Assembly: GCA_905178155.1 (NCBI GenBank)
Contig: CAJINV010000015.1
Span: forward strand, 1,403,440 to 1,467,439
Source: Amoebophrya sp. A120
Lineage: Eukaryota; Protista; Dinoflagellata
Direction: 5' to 3'
Length of the DNA: 64,000 nt
Shown one piece after another: positions 35,987 to 48,371 of this stretch. The number at the start of each line of letters is the position of its first letter. The stretch's first letter is position 1. Both the position numbers and the translations under genes were made by a program. The notes under the pieces are model-generated. The model had not been told where the DNA came from. It did no database searches and saw only the letters and a program-made list of their open reading frames with translations.

Positions 35987-38900
35987 ATGTCTGGTTCTGC
36001 CCGCTGTGCTGAGGAGAGCATCAACAGTGTGGAGGCACATCTGGAACAAACGGGTTGCATCACTGCGAAAAACGCAGAACTACATGCCGCAGTGCTTGTG
36101 GAGCCGACACCGGGCAGCGGGCTGAATGCAGACCCACACGTAGATCCTGATCCGGGGAGCTGCTGCCACGCGCAACCCGGAATGTTGGGGCTAAATGCGG
36201 ATGATGAAGAACAGAGTATCACAAAAATTCCGAATTATGACGAGAATTGTACTACAAGTTCTGAACAACATCCAGCAGCTCCGGACCTTGCTACAGCGCA
36301 CGGTGCCAACAAGACCCCCACCAGCGCCGCCATTATCTCTGGTGTTCCCGCCGCGGCGGCCCAATCCGCAAAGGAACGCACCAAGACCCCCGAGGAAGGA
36401 GCTGAAGACGCAGGCCAAGAAGTTAAAACAAATGACTCTACTGCGACCACAGAAGTATCAGCAACGATGTTTCATTCGTCTACAGAGCCTGTGAACAAGC
36501 CAACTTCCGTATCCCGAGAAAAAAGTGCTACAGTTACACACTTGTTGGAGCTTCTGCATCACAAATTTTCTCTGTGTGGTAGAGAAAATTTGTAATGCGA
36601 CGATCACAAGGGAAAACAGGAAGGAAACGAAGCACCGAAGCATTTCCTGCATGAGAAAGGTTGTCTCTGTTGCCAGTCTTGCATGACAATGTGTAACTGT
36701 AACACTTTTTTCTTGCGATATTCCTACGCCCTCCAGCACAAAACTTCTTCCGCAGCTGACCTCCTGAACATGCTCACAACGGCAGCGAACAAAGACAATA
36801 AAGTCTTCGACTCACCCGGAAATGTTGATCCCATCGCTTCTTCGTTACTCACGCCTACCACAGCGAATAACCATTACACCTTCAGTGGGATTGATGGTTC
36901 CTCGAACAAGGACCAGCTGGATTTTAACACGTACATCACGTCCAAAGTGGGCAATCTTTCCGGCGGCTCTGCGGGCAGCACAACCTGCTCGAGTTTTGTC
37001 AGCCGGAGCAGTTCGCGGACGGGCAATGGCGCTACGTACACGACCGGGTTTCATCTCCCCCCAAATGGCCTGTCAGCTGGTGACCACAGGGGCACAACAA
37101 CTCCTGGGATCATGATGAACAACAACGGGGGGACCACAACTGCTTACCAAGATCACCACGTTAATGCCGACAGTTACTGCTCAAGCGCCGCCAAGGCAAA
37201 CATGCTGTCTGATTTGAAACTCTCCAACAGCTCGCTTCTGTTCCCAGAAGACGGCTTCGAATCCTCCCCCGACGTCTCCGAAAACGGCTCGTCTCGCCCG
37301 CAATCCGCCGGTAAGGAGCCGATCTGCAACTCAAAGTCGAATTTGCCAACTGTGATTGACGAAGAGGACGACGAGCATTTGGAAAATTTATCCAGTCCGG
37401 TGGCTTGCGACCACGAAACCAGCGGGTCGAGTGAGAACGGGATGATGTTGTGCGGCTCTGAAGATGTTCTTTTCGGAGATGGTGAAAAGAAACATGGTTC
37501 TTGCAACGAAGAACAATTCAAAACAGTAGAAAATCATCGCGGTGAAGGTCATGATGAGCACCTGCATGAAGATGACCACAACTGTAACGACAGCTGCAAT
37601 GACTCGTTGGAAGTTGGGGAAGAGGCGGTGAAACCGGAAATCATGCAGGAGGTGATGCGCCGGACGACCAGTGTCCGGTCCACGAAAAGTGCTGTTGGGC
37701 CCACTCAGTTGAATATGCAACAGCAGCATCTTCTTCATCAATTTCCAGGTTGTAGTCATCTCGTCGGGAATGAGATGGAGGACGATAGCGTCAAGATCAT
37801 GGAATCGATTGACGGGCCTATAACTACGGAGGCTCGACCGCACGTGCAGTCTCTGCACGAAGAGCAAACACCAGTAGACCACGATGCGAACAGTTGTACC
37901 CACGCGCATTTTATGCACTGCAAAAGTATCGTACTCGTATGAATTGCAGGTATGCATGACAAATCTGGTTTCCTACCCAAATCTGCATTACAAATTCCAA
38001 TTTTCTTCCTGATAAAATTTGTCATGCGATTTATACCAGTGCGATACTTTAACTTTTGCAATGCATACACTTTCTCGCACAGCAATTCAGCCGCACCTAC
38101 CAGCAGAAAGCGGAAGACGCCATGCAGGATATGATGACCAAGAGTATCCAGGTGGTCACGAAAACTGCAGCGTCAGCAGGGGCTACAATGGCAGCCGCCA
38201 CGACGGGTGGCGGAACGACCTGTAGTTCTACCATGAACTACCACCAGCAACAAATCTTGGAAGCCAATTTGTTGCAGCAAGGAGATCCCAATCGTTCATC
38301 CATATCACAGAATTTATCTTCCCCAACCCGGACGACGAAAATGATGATGAACAAATACGGAGAATCTTACTTTAACAACGCTCTGCTCCGTCGGGTCGAC
38401 ACTTCCTCTCCGGGTTCACCGATTTTGGTTCATCCGAAGGCGTCACCGGACTATTCAGTGCAAAAGCATCGTACTCGTAGTAATTGCAACTATGCATGAC
38501 AAATCTGGATTCTTAGCTAAATTAGCATTACAAATTGAATTTTTTTTTTTCCTTTTGATAAAATTTGTGTTGCAATTATTGCTCCTACTGCGATACTTTT
38601 GCAATCCATACGGACGGCGCTCCTGCGACAATTACTATCGGGGAGGAGTTTTCGATTTTGGGAGCAGACGATGATGAAGATGAAAACAACACGGTTATCC
38701 TGAGTAAAAACGTCCCCACACCAGAGTTGTCATGCAGATTTGCAATGACAGGAACATTTGTAATGCGCATCACCAGGAGAGGCATTTTTAGTGGTGTTTT
38801 GGAATTTGTAATGCTGTAAACAGGATGAGCAGATGGATTTCTGATGCAGCTGGCCTTGCGAACCTGCACTACACTACGGACTGCAACTTGTGATGCGTGA

Positions 38901-41900
38901 CCCCCAAAAGTTCTAGGTTTGTGTTGCAAAATCCCCATCTTGACTCTGGTGTGGGGATGTTTTTACTCAGGATAACGGTCAATATCCTATCCCCAGCGGA
39001 GCACACGGATGTCGATGTGCAGCCGGAAAATCAAGCAGAACTAGAGCAAAATGTTGACAGCAACATTTTGAAGATTCACCGCCCGAAACCCAGTTTAGCG
39101 AAGACCCTGATTAACTACAATCCCGCACCGAATATTTCGGTGACTGGTGCAGACAGTTTGAGGGCGAGCAATTCTTCCATTCTCTCCACCGGTCGAAACA
39201 TCAGCCAAGCTAAAGATAACGAGAACCACCACGGAAAGAGCAACGATAAGTGTGGTCATGATCTCCCGACTTCTACCTCCCTGACCGATAGCACGAACTT
39301 TCTGGAGCAATCGCCTCCCTACCTGGCTTCTCCGATCTTCTCGCACAAGAACTCTGAGGACGGGGAAATTAACTACAGCGGGACGAAGAATTCTTCGCAT
39401 GAAGACGACGCGGACGATATTTGCCGGTACAATGATTCGAACATGGAATTTGTGATGGACGGCGAGCACGACTGCTCCTCCGGATCGGAAAAATTTGAAA
39501 AGCAACTGATGGAATCCTCGCCACCAAAACCTCTGCCGGAAGATGAAAAGAATTCGATTTTCGGTCAAATTTGCGATTTCCCTGTAGGAGGAGGAGGTGG
39601 GGATCATGATGTTGCGCCGTCGGGCTGCAATAGTTCATCTGGCAATAGGTTGACAGTGTCAACGATCGGTGGCCCAACATCGTCCTCCTGCGGACAGTAC
39701 AAGACCGCTGCTGGTGCTGCAGCTGCACATGGGGCGGGAAATACTACAGGTTGTACTATCAAAAACCCGTCCTGCAAGAACAACGTCAGCCTCCCCTTCA
39801 CTCACTCCGCACCGCCGGAGAACCCACCGCCACCGCCGCCGTTGGAGTTGTTGCGAGACCGTATTAACCAAGAAGATGAGTACCCCCCGGTCGTCATTGG
39901 GGAATTTTACGACCATCGAGGAAGTAGTTGTGGGATTGAAGACTCTACTTATTCGGGATTCACTGGTGCGCTTTTCAACGAACTCTCCTACCGCACGCCG
40001 AAAAACAACAAAACAGTACGGAAGGTGTGCGACAAGCCACCGTCACCGCCCCAATCGCTGAAGATCATGTCGCAGCGAAAGGCGAAACAGACAGTATAGA
40101 TAGATACTGAGTATGTTCTGATATCTCTGCCTTTTTCTCTCTGGTCCTAGTACAAGCGCATAGCAAGTAGGTTCAGAGTTGTCGCTTTCGCATGATAGTA
40201 GAGTACGCAATTCTAGTCCTTTGTTCCACAGGCCGCCCGCCTCGCTGCTGGGGCTACAGGGACGTCTTTGACCTCGGCGCTGAAGCAATCTGCAGAACAA
40301 AACGACGCGGACACGTCGGCCCTATACAACAGTTTCGATCCTCTCACCCAATTTTCTTCCACCAATGCGGCTTCGCAGGCCTACCACCAATTTATGGCGC
40401 AGCATTCCGCGTTTGGCGGCAATAAAGTTGTACTAGCCAGCACGTCGACCTCTACTGGTGCCACTGCGCAGGCAGGGCAGATGAATCAGGAGAACAATAA
40501 TTCTGGTAGTGGCCGCTGCAACCGAGACGAGGGATCTGATTGTCAAGACGACTACAGCGCGGCGGCCTTGATCTCTCGAAGCTCTAGTGCCGTGCTAGAC
40601 CAGCACCAGCCGGTGCAGGCAACATCTGTTGGTAACAATACGCAAAGTCCGCAGCTATTAAACAAGTCTGTCAGCCCACTGCAGGGCTGTCCCGACGGCG
40701 CAGCTACTAACTCTGGTGTGACCAGCAGTACCAATGCCATCGGGACTGGGCTGCTGATGCAGGGTGGAAATACTGATTCGGCCAATGCAACTACGAGTGC
40801 GGCTACTAGTGAAGGTACCAGCAACACCATGCCGGTTCATGGCGGAGCGCCGCAGCTGTTTTTCCCCCCTGCTACTACTACTTCTTCGGCGCAGCAAGGA
40901 AACAACCATTCGCACCATCAAATGCACGGTGCTGGGGGTAGTAGCGATCCGAACTTGTTGTACAACTGCAATAGCTATCAAATGTAAAAATGTCTGGGTC
41001 TGGAAGAATGCGCGATTTGTCATGCAGCTTTTCCATGACCCATGAAGCCTGGAATGCAGGACCTAGCATGACAGACTCTGTGCAATCTCTCTCATGCCTA
41101 TCCTGCATGAGAAACTCCCTCCCGACTTGGTCAAAACTGGACGACTTTTGGTAATCATGCAACACAGATTTTTGCATGCTTCAGATTTAGCATGACAAGT
41201 TCCATTCTTCCAGACCCAGACATTTTTACATTTGATAATAGCTTCGAAGAGTTCTACGCGGCTTATTTCAACAACCAGCTAAACAATGTCGCTCCTGGTG
41301 CTAGCACTGCTGCTGGTCCAGCCGAGATGTCGTCTGCGTCAGGAGTTGTTGGCACTACACAAACACACCAAGCGGTCTTCGTCAATCCCACAAGCACTGG
41401 GCATCACCAAACAATGGCCCCTACATCGGCCGGGACAATGTATCATTCCGCGACCGGTCAGCAACTATTCGTTCCCGCGACTGCGACGCCGCAAAATGGA
41501 ATGAACCAGATTGGTGTTGGTCTTGGTGGAGCGTCGTCCTGGACTGGGGCTTTGCCCCCGGGGTTTTTTCAGCAGATGCAAAACGTGCAGCAGCAAAGCG
41601 GTGCTGCAACTGGTGCGACTCCGCAGGCCTCTATGCAGGCCGCGCAGATGCAGCAGTACATGCTGCAAATGTACCTGATGCAGTATTTACAACAGGCGCA
41701 GGGTCTGCAGCAGGAGGCTACTTCTTCGCAGCACCACGGCACCACTATGGCCGCCGCCGCTGCCCACCAACAGCATAACCAAACTCATGCAGGAGTTGTT
41801 GGGGCTCCTGGTGCAGCAACCACCGGAGTGGCAGCGGTTGTGCACCAACATCCGGGAGCTGCACCAGCAGGATTTCAACAACATCATCCAGCTACTGCCG

Positions 41901-44900
41901 CAGCAGCTGCTACAACTACTCCCGGTATGATTTCTACCATGGTACAACAGCCGTCGACAATCGTCACCAACCCAGCCACCGGCCAGGCGGTGCCGGTAGA
42001 CGCCAACGGGTTTTCTCCCACTGGCACCGGGAACACGGCGGCGCAGATGAGCGTGAGCATGTACAACCAAGCGATCGTATTGCAATGAAAAATGCCCCCC
42101 CCACCCCCGAACTTGGGAGCATTTGTATTGCACACCTTTCCAAATGAAACATTCGCCCTCTTGCATCTATCAGCATGACAGGTTTCCAATTGTGAATAGC
42201 AAAAATTTGTATTGCAAAAGACCCCAGCAAGAGCGGCGCTTGTCATGGAAGCGATGCGATACACGCCTAGACTCTGCATCAGAAAGATTCATACTCCTTT
42301 CATGCATGACAAAAAGTTTTCATTTGGAAACTTTGCATCGCAAATTTTTGCCATTTCAGGGGTGGGGGGCACTTTTCACTGTAATAGATCGCAGCCCAGA
42401 TGAGCAGTCTCTACCAGCAGTTTTGCGCCGCCCAACAACAACAGCAACAGCAACAACAGCAGCAGTCGGCCGCGGGTGCCGCGGCGTCGACCGGAGTTGC
42501 TGGTACTTCTAACACCGCCTCGCTGGTGCCCGGATCTTCTTTGTCGGGTTCTTTCGTGAATCAGTTCAGTTTCGCAGGAGCACCACCGTGCGGTGGTGGA
42601 GGTACTGCGATAGCAGCCACTGGTGCCGCTCCTGCGGCTGCGACGAATGGTTCTGTTGGAGAGCTGCAGCAAAATACGGCAGGCAGGACTGAAGCGAAAT
42701 CACATGCATGGAACCCAGCCGCAGCAGCGTTTGTTCAGTCGTCTATGAATACGGTTGCTTGTACGACGAGCCAAGAACAGCAGAACAACATCGCGGAGCA
42801 TGGAGTTGTTGTGCAACAGGAGCAGCATCTTGGTCAGGGGATGAACTTGCAGCACGGGACGACGAGGGCCCAGCCGAATCAAACGTCTGCGCAACAGAAC
42901 TATCAGGGCGGTAGTTGTGCTGACAGAACGAACTCGACCACTGGTGGGACAAAAGGCGCCCCCGGAAATAACCTGGCTTCATCTTCCGCGATGATGAATA
43001 AAGGGGGCAACAAGAAGTTCCCCCAAAACAACTCGGGAGTCAATTTTTCTGGGAGCGGTTCTTGTCACTCTCATCATGGCACCAGCGGGAACGCCGGGAA
43101 CACGACCGCAGTCGAAAGTAAGAACCGCTACGGTCACTTGCCGCACAGCAAGTCCTATAATCACCGCTCGGCGAGCACTGCGACTCTTCACACGTCGAGT
43201 TTGGGAAAAGGAGGGGAAAGGACATCAAACACCAGTTATGGAGGGGGAAATAATGATGGCTGCTCTAGCTCTTACAACCACGGTTCATCCACCACGAAAA
43301 TGAACAACGTGAGCTCAATATCCGGAAAAAATCTTGTGCACAATCGGAGTATCGCCACCACTATCAAGTGTAAAAATGTCTGGGTCTGGAACATTCTAAA
43401 CTTGTGATACTGTCTCTGGATTCTGAAAAAATTCATATTGCATGACCAGCAAGAGGACTCCAGTTTGTGCTAGGCGGAGAGGTCATTTCTCATGCTGTAG
43501 AGGCATCAGGAAGCCCTCACAAAATCTGTGATGCTAGGGCATGCATCACAGACATCAGGAGTCATGCAAAATGTGCATGACAAACCTGGCAATCTTCCAG
43601 ACCCAGACATTTTTACATTTGATAGCCACTCATGATCCCAGTGGTTCCACCTCTTGCAACACCAGTATCTGTATCAAATGCAAATGTGTCCGGGTCTGGA
43701 AATTTGTGATGCTAAAATGTGCATGATTAAAACTTCCTTATGCAGGAAAGCATGACAAGTTTGCAGAGCGCTTTCGCATAGGCACTCCGCATGAGAAGCG
43801 GCGTTTTTGTACGACAAGTGAGGCTACGCCTTTTGCTAGTCATGCAACACAGATTTCACAGGAATGTAAGACCAGCATTACAAGTTCCAACTTTTCAGAC
43901 CCAGACATGTTTGCATTTGATAATCTGCCAAGCTAGTCCGGCCGCCTCACCGTCGCCATCGCCACTCTCCTCGCCGCCACTCCGGCCGGTCGACAGCAGT
44001 GCTGGTACGACGAGCGGTAATAATCTTCATGTGAGCACAACTCCAGGTGGTCAACATGTTACTGCAGAACAAAACAAGTGCAACAGCAAAGGGCCGCTAC
44101 AAAATGTTGTAGAACCACCTGCTACTCCGATGGAGACCTCGAGCTGCAAAATAAATTCGAACACCGCAACCCCCACGCCGGGACAACAGCACTCCCGTAT
44201 GCGGCTCTCACTCCAAAATAACAAGTACGTCGAGATTGACACTGGTATGCCGCGGACGATCAGCACGCAGCAGGCGGAGATCAGCATGAGTAAATCGATG
44301 GCCATCAGCAAAGGCAAGGTCGTTGCTGGTTCTACTTCCAGTAACGCTGGCTCCTGCGCAACAACTTCAGGAGCTGGCGCAAGTTGTACAACTACCAACG
44401 CGCGCGGGGCTGCCCGGAAGGGGGTTGTTTCGTCGACAACCGCAGGGCCTGCGGCTGCTGGTGCTGCTAAAAACGAGGGGAAAACGCCGGGGCAGAGTGC
44501 TATCGGAGGAAAGCAAACACCTGGCTCCTCTTGTGCGCAACATCTGCAAAGGTTTGCTGGGGACGATTTAAAAATCGCTGCTGGTGCAGCTCATCAAGCA
44601 GGTGCTGGTCAGGTTGGTATGGCGGATGCCGGGATCACGATGAACAACTACCAGAAACACCACGCGTCGAACACTCCTCCTGCCACGACCCACATTAAAG
44701 ACGCCACCCCGACCGGAGGATCCTCGACCCAAAGTCTGAATGCAGTTGGAGGGAGTTCTTTGCCTGAGATCGTTGACATCACATCTAGTACAGCAACGCC
44801 GCACGATGCGGTAGGAGCAGGTGAAGGACAACAGATTGGTGTTCAGCCGGCGCATCAACAGCACCACCAGTATAATAATGGGAGAACTACAAAGGGCTAC

Positions 44901-47900
44901 TCGGCGATCTACGGCACGATTCACAAGGGCCAGGGCAAGACGAATAATCACTACAGTGGCACGTCCTCGGGCACTAACAACAATATGATGAGTAATCATA
45001 CCCGAAGATCTACATCGTTGTATAACACGACCAGCAGTGGTTCTTGTACCACTACCAGTACCAGCCAGCACCAGAACCTCCTCCAGAACAATTGCAACAC
45101 CGAGCAAACAAGCCAACACATTCAACACACTCACTCGTGTACTACGGCGAGTACTAGTGCAACTAATATCAACACGACTTCTTCGGCAACAAACGCCAGT
45201 GGAGCTCCTGCCTCTACTCTGTCTTCGCCGCCAATATTAGATCGATCGTGGACCACTACCTCGTGGAACCAGCAGCACCAAATGTTCAACAATACCCAGC
45301 ACCAGCGAAGCCAATACTACAAAAGCCAAAATCAGGTCGTCGCGCATCAGCAGGTGGGAAGTGCAGCAGGAGCTTCGGCGGTCTTCCCGCCGAACGGTTC
45401 AACTGTTGAAGGAGCTGCGACGCAGCAGCAGGACCAGCAAAGCGGGTCACATCAGCATCATATGCCGGAGGTGGAACAACAGCAAGGGAACAGCGCTGGA
45501 GGTGGTATTTACAATTGCAACTACAACTCCTTCAACACAGCTGGAACAAAGGGAAAGTCCCCGGATCATTATCAACAGAAGGGCGGCACGGATCAAGTTC
45601 AGAATACTGGGAAAGGCGCGGCTGCTGCTGGGTACAACCAAGTCAACCAATACAATAACAGTTATCACCAGTACAAAAATCACACGGCTGGTGCTCCTGC
45701 TGGTGCCCAGAATGTCTACCACGATGAAACCCGTGGGCCGCGGACGATGATGACGAAGGGAAATGCTGGTGGTGGTTCTCGTCAGCAGAATTACGGAGTG
45801 CAACATAACTACAGCCAAAACCACGCTGCTTGTTTGCCGGCGGGTGGAGCGTCTCACGCTGTGTCGCAATCGCAAGGGAACAGTAAGGGATACCAGTCGT
45901 CGCAGCATGGTCAGAGTGGCCAGCAATACAATAACACTGCTAGTAGTTCGTGCACGACTTCCAGCGACAGCATCAATTCGAGCGTTTCTGCTACTACTCG
46001 AGGACAACAGAAAAACCAATATTCGAGCAGTCAACATCAAAAGGGTTCTTCTGCTTCTTCACCCGAGTTGCATCAGCATCAAGGGTCTTCGTACCACCAG
46101 CATGGTAAAATGAATGCAGCGGGGTCCACGAACGCGTACAGCAGCAATGTGGCGGCCACCATGTCGCGGAATGGATCGATGAGCACGATTGGTGGCGGAA
46201 GCACCATTTCCGGGCGCCCGGATACGAGCGGGAAGTTTTTGTGCACGTACTTGCTGGGTCTGAAGCTATCCGATCCCTTCGACGTCGCGAAGCGAATTAT
46301 TGGGCCCGATGGTACTATACTTGCGCTTGACTTCATCTCCTTTTGCTTTGTGAATAAAGATGGTGATCTGCTTTATGCAACAGGTTGATTTATCATGCTG
46401 TTCCTGTTTTATGCACAAAAATTTGTGTCATGCTCATGTTCTTGCGATGAACATAAAAAATCAGGTCACAACGTGAAGTATATCTCGCATGTGGTGCAAG
46501 GGTGCAAAGTCCGCCTGCGTGGCGAACGATTCCAAAATGAGCAGGACAACGCACCGTGTCAACTGAATGTCTCGGTTCCCACGAAGGAGGGCTATCTTAT
46601 CGCGAAGCACTTGGTCTACATCCTTCTGGACAAGATTTTTAACGATTACTACATTTGGACCGGAGGTATGATCTTCATCTTCCATTGCTGTGTAGTAGGG
46701 CAGGATAATGAGTTATTTGTTTTGATGTCATCTCGTTTGTCATGCGAGGCCGCGCATAAGGAAAGTGCTTTGTCATGCGTGGTATCAATTTATCAAGTGA
46801 AAAATTGATATTGAAATTGTAATTGATCAATCAGGTCGCCACCGCCCCCGTGTGAATTGCCAGGAACACCCGCTAAACGACCACATCGATCCGACTTGGG
46901 AGAAGGAGTTTTATCCCAGAGAAAAACGTGTTACAATTACACACTCCGATGCAAGACAAGCAAGACAGACAACCTCTGTCATGCAGGAAATGCTTGCCAG
47001 CGTCATTTCATTCGTGTTTTCCCTTAGAGTCTGCGCATTACAAGTTTTCTTTGCCATGCAGAGTAAATTTGTGATGCTGAAATTCCAACAGATGTGTAAC
47101 TGTAACACTTTTTTCATGTGATAAGTTTCGGCGTTTATCCAGTGAATGATTTTGGTCAGATTTTTTTACTGCGAGCTTGTGAGAAGTGTATGAAGATCTC
47201 TGTCATGGTGCATCATTTTTTTCAGCAGCAGTTTGTAGTTGCCACTCGTAGCGCATGCCGCGCAATACAAGCTCTGATGTTATCATTTGTGACTGAAAAT
47301 CATTTGTCTCGCATCTCGAACCAGTCCCTGGTTTTCCGTCGAGGTTCCGAAATTTTACGCCGGAAATTTTCCGAGTTCGTTGCCTGCTTTGTCATCATCA
47401 TGCAGAACGAAGGTTGGCCTTGGCGGGCAGTAAGCTGCAACGAGTACTAGCTCTGTGGTCATTCCCAGACCTCCGCACGTGAGAGTTTTTTTCTGCAAGT
47501 GCTTCATGTAGCATGAGCATGACAAAGACAAGCGTAAAAACTCGTGCTTTCCCTTCTATACCGATGTCACGGACATGAAACACGCAAAAGAGGTTCTGGC
47601 CAACATCCGGTTTGCGGGTATAGTTGAAAAATTTCTTGTTGTGGTCATGCATTGATCATCATTTACATTTACTCTCATTCCAAATTACCAAGAAAACTTC
47701 GTGAAAGGTAAAAGCCGCGCGGCGGCGCACATCCAGCACACTCCGGATCACTACCAGCAAGCGGTTAATGCGACATCTTCTGAACAATTGGTGGGTGAAC
47801 AAGTAGAACCTGTTCCGGCTGGGGTTGCGGTTTCAACATCTCCGCAGGACATGATCAGCGGTGGTTCCTCTGGTACTTCCACCATACAGGAACAATTTGT

Positions 47901-48371
47901 GGCACCAGCGGTAGGTTCTTCATCTTCGCAGGTAATTGATATCGGTGGTCAGGGGCAGCAGCAGAATCAGTATGGATTGCAAAAATGTGTGGGTCTGGAA
48001 ACTTGTGATGCTGGGTGGCGTATCATGAGGAGGCAACAAGTGCTGGCTCAGCATGACAAGTTTCTGAACTTCAAGGTGTTGCCTATTCTGCATGACAAAC
48101 TGCGTTGTTGCATGACAGAAAAGTGGGGCGCTTGGGTAACGCGCATGACAGATTTAAGAGTCATGCCAGACAAGCATGACAAACATGCATGCCTCCAGAC
48201 CCAGCCACTTTTGCAGTTGATAATCAGAATGTGAGTCCGGGCGGGACGTCCGCGTCGTGTCAACAGCAAGAGGTGGTTCTTGGTGCGCCGTCGTCGCACC
48301 AGGTTCTTGCGCAGCAGCAGCAGTTTTCGGGCTCGGCGAACGTGGGACGACCCGCTGCGGGTGGGTGCTGA
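35987..48371 (+). CDS. Giant low-complexity (Q/S/T/N/G/H-rich) protein with a C-terminal KH RNA-binding domain (~2990 aa, 15 exons)
   Basis: Removing 10 introners plus DRs and GT-AG introns 40094-40231, 46312-46464, 46666-46834 and 47142-47692 gives an 8970-nt frame; KH signature FDVAKRIIGPDGHNVKYISHVVQGCKVRLRG (SF1/KHDC4-type). Confidence 0.8.
36510..36720. mobile_element. Introner family G
   Basis: TIR tatcccgagaaaaaagtgctacagttacac; DR ttccg/ttcct. Confidence 0.9.
37912..38067. mobile_element. Introner family D
   Basis: Family D TIR; DR cattt/cactt. Confidence 0.88.
38452..38610. mobile_element. Introner family D
   Basis: Family D TIR; DR cggac. Confidence 0.88.
38696..38974. mobile_element. 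Introner family B
   Basis: Family B TIR; DR acggt. Confidence 0.92.
40976..41237. mobile_element. Introner family A (inverted relative to 26235 and 52257)
   Basis: Perfect ~35-bp TIR; DR atagc. Confidence 0.92.
42078..42386. mobile_element. Introner family I
   Basis: TIR tattgcaatgaaaaatgccccccccacccc/ggggtggggggcacttttcactgtaata; DR gatcg. Confidence 0.9.
43362..43624. mobile_element. Introner family A
   Basis: Family A TIR; DR accac/gccac. Confidence 0.9.
43672..43922. mobile_element. Introner family A
   Basis: Family A TIR; DR atctg. Confidence 0.9.
46912..47123. mobile_element. Introner family G (inverted relative to 36510)
   Basis: Family G TIR; DR agttt. Confidence 0.9.
47971..48222. 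mobile_element. Introner family A
   Basis: Family A TIR; DR atcag. Confidence 0.9.

Larger units (their letters stand above)
26235..38930. repeat. 6357-bp-period near-identical tandem duplication (26235-32573 vs 32592-38930) separated by an N; likely an assembly overlap
   Basis: Identical ORF sets offset by 6357; N at 32574; both breakpoints lie inside introners. Confidence 0.9.
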
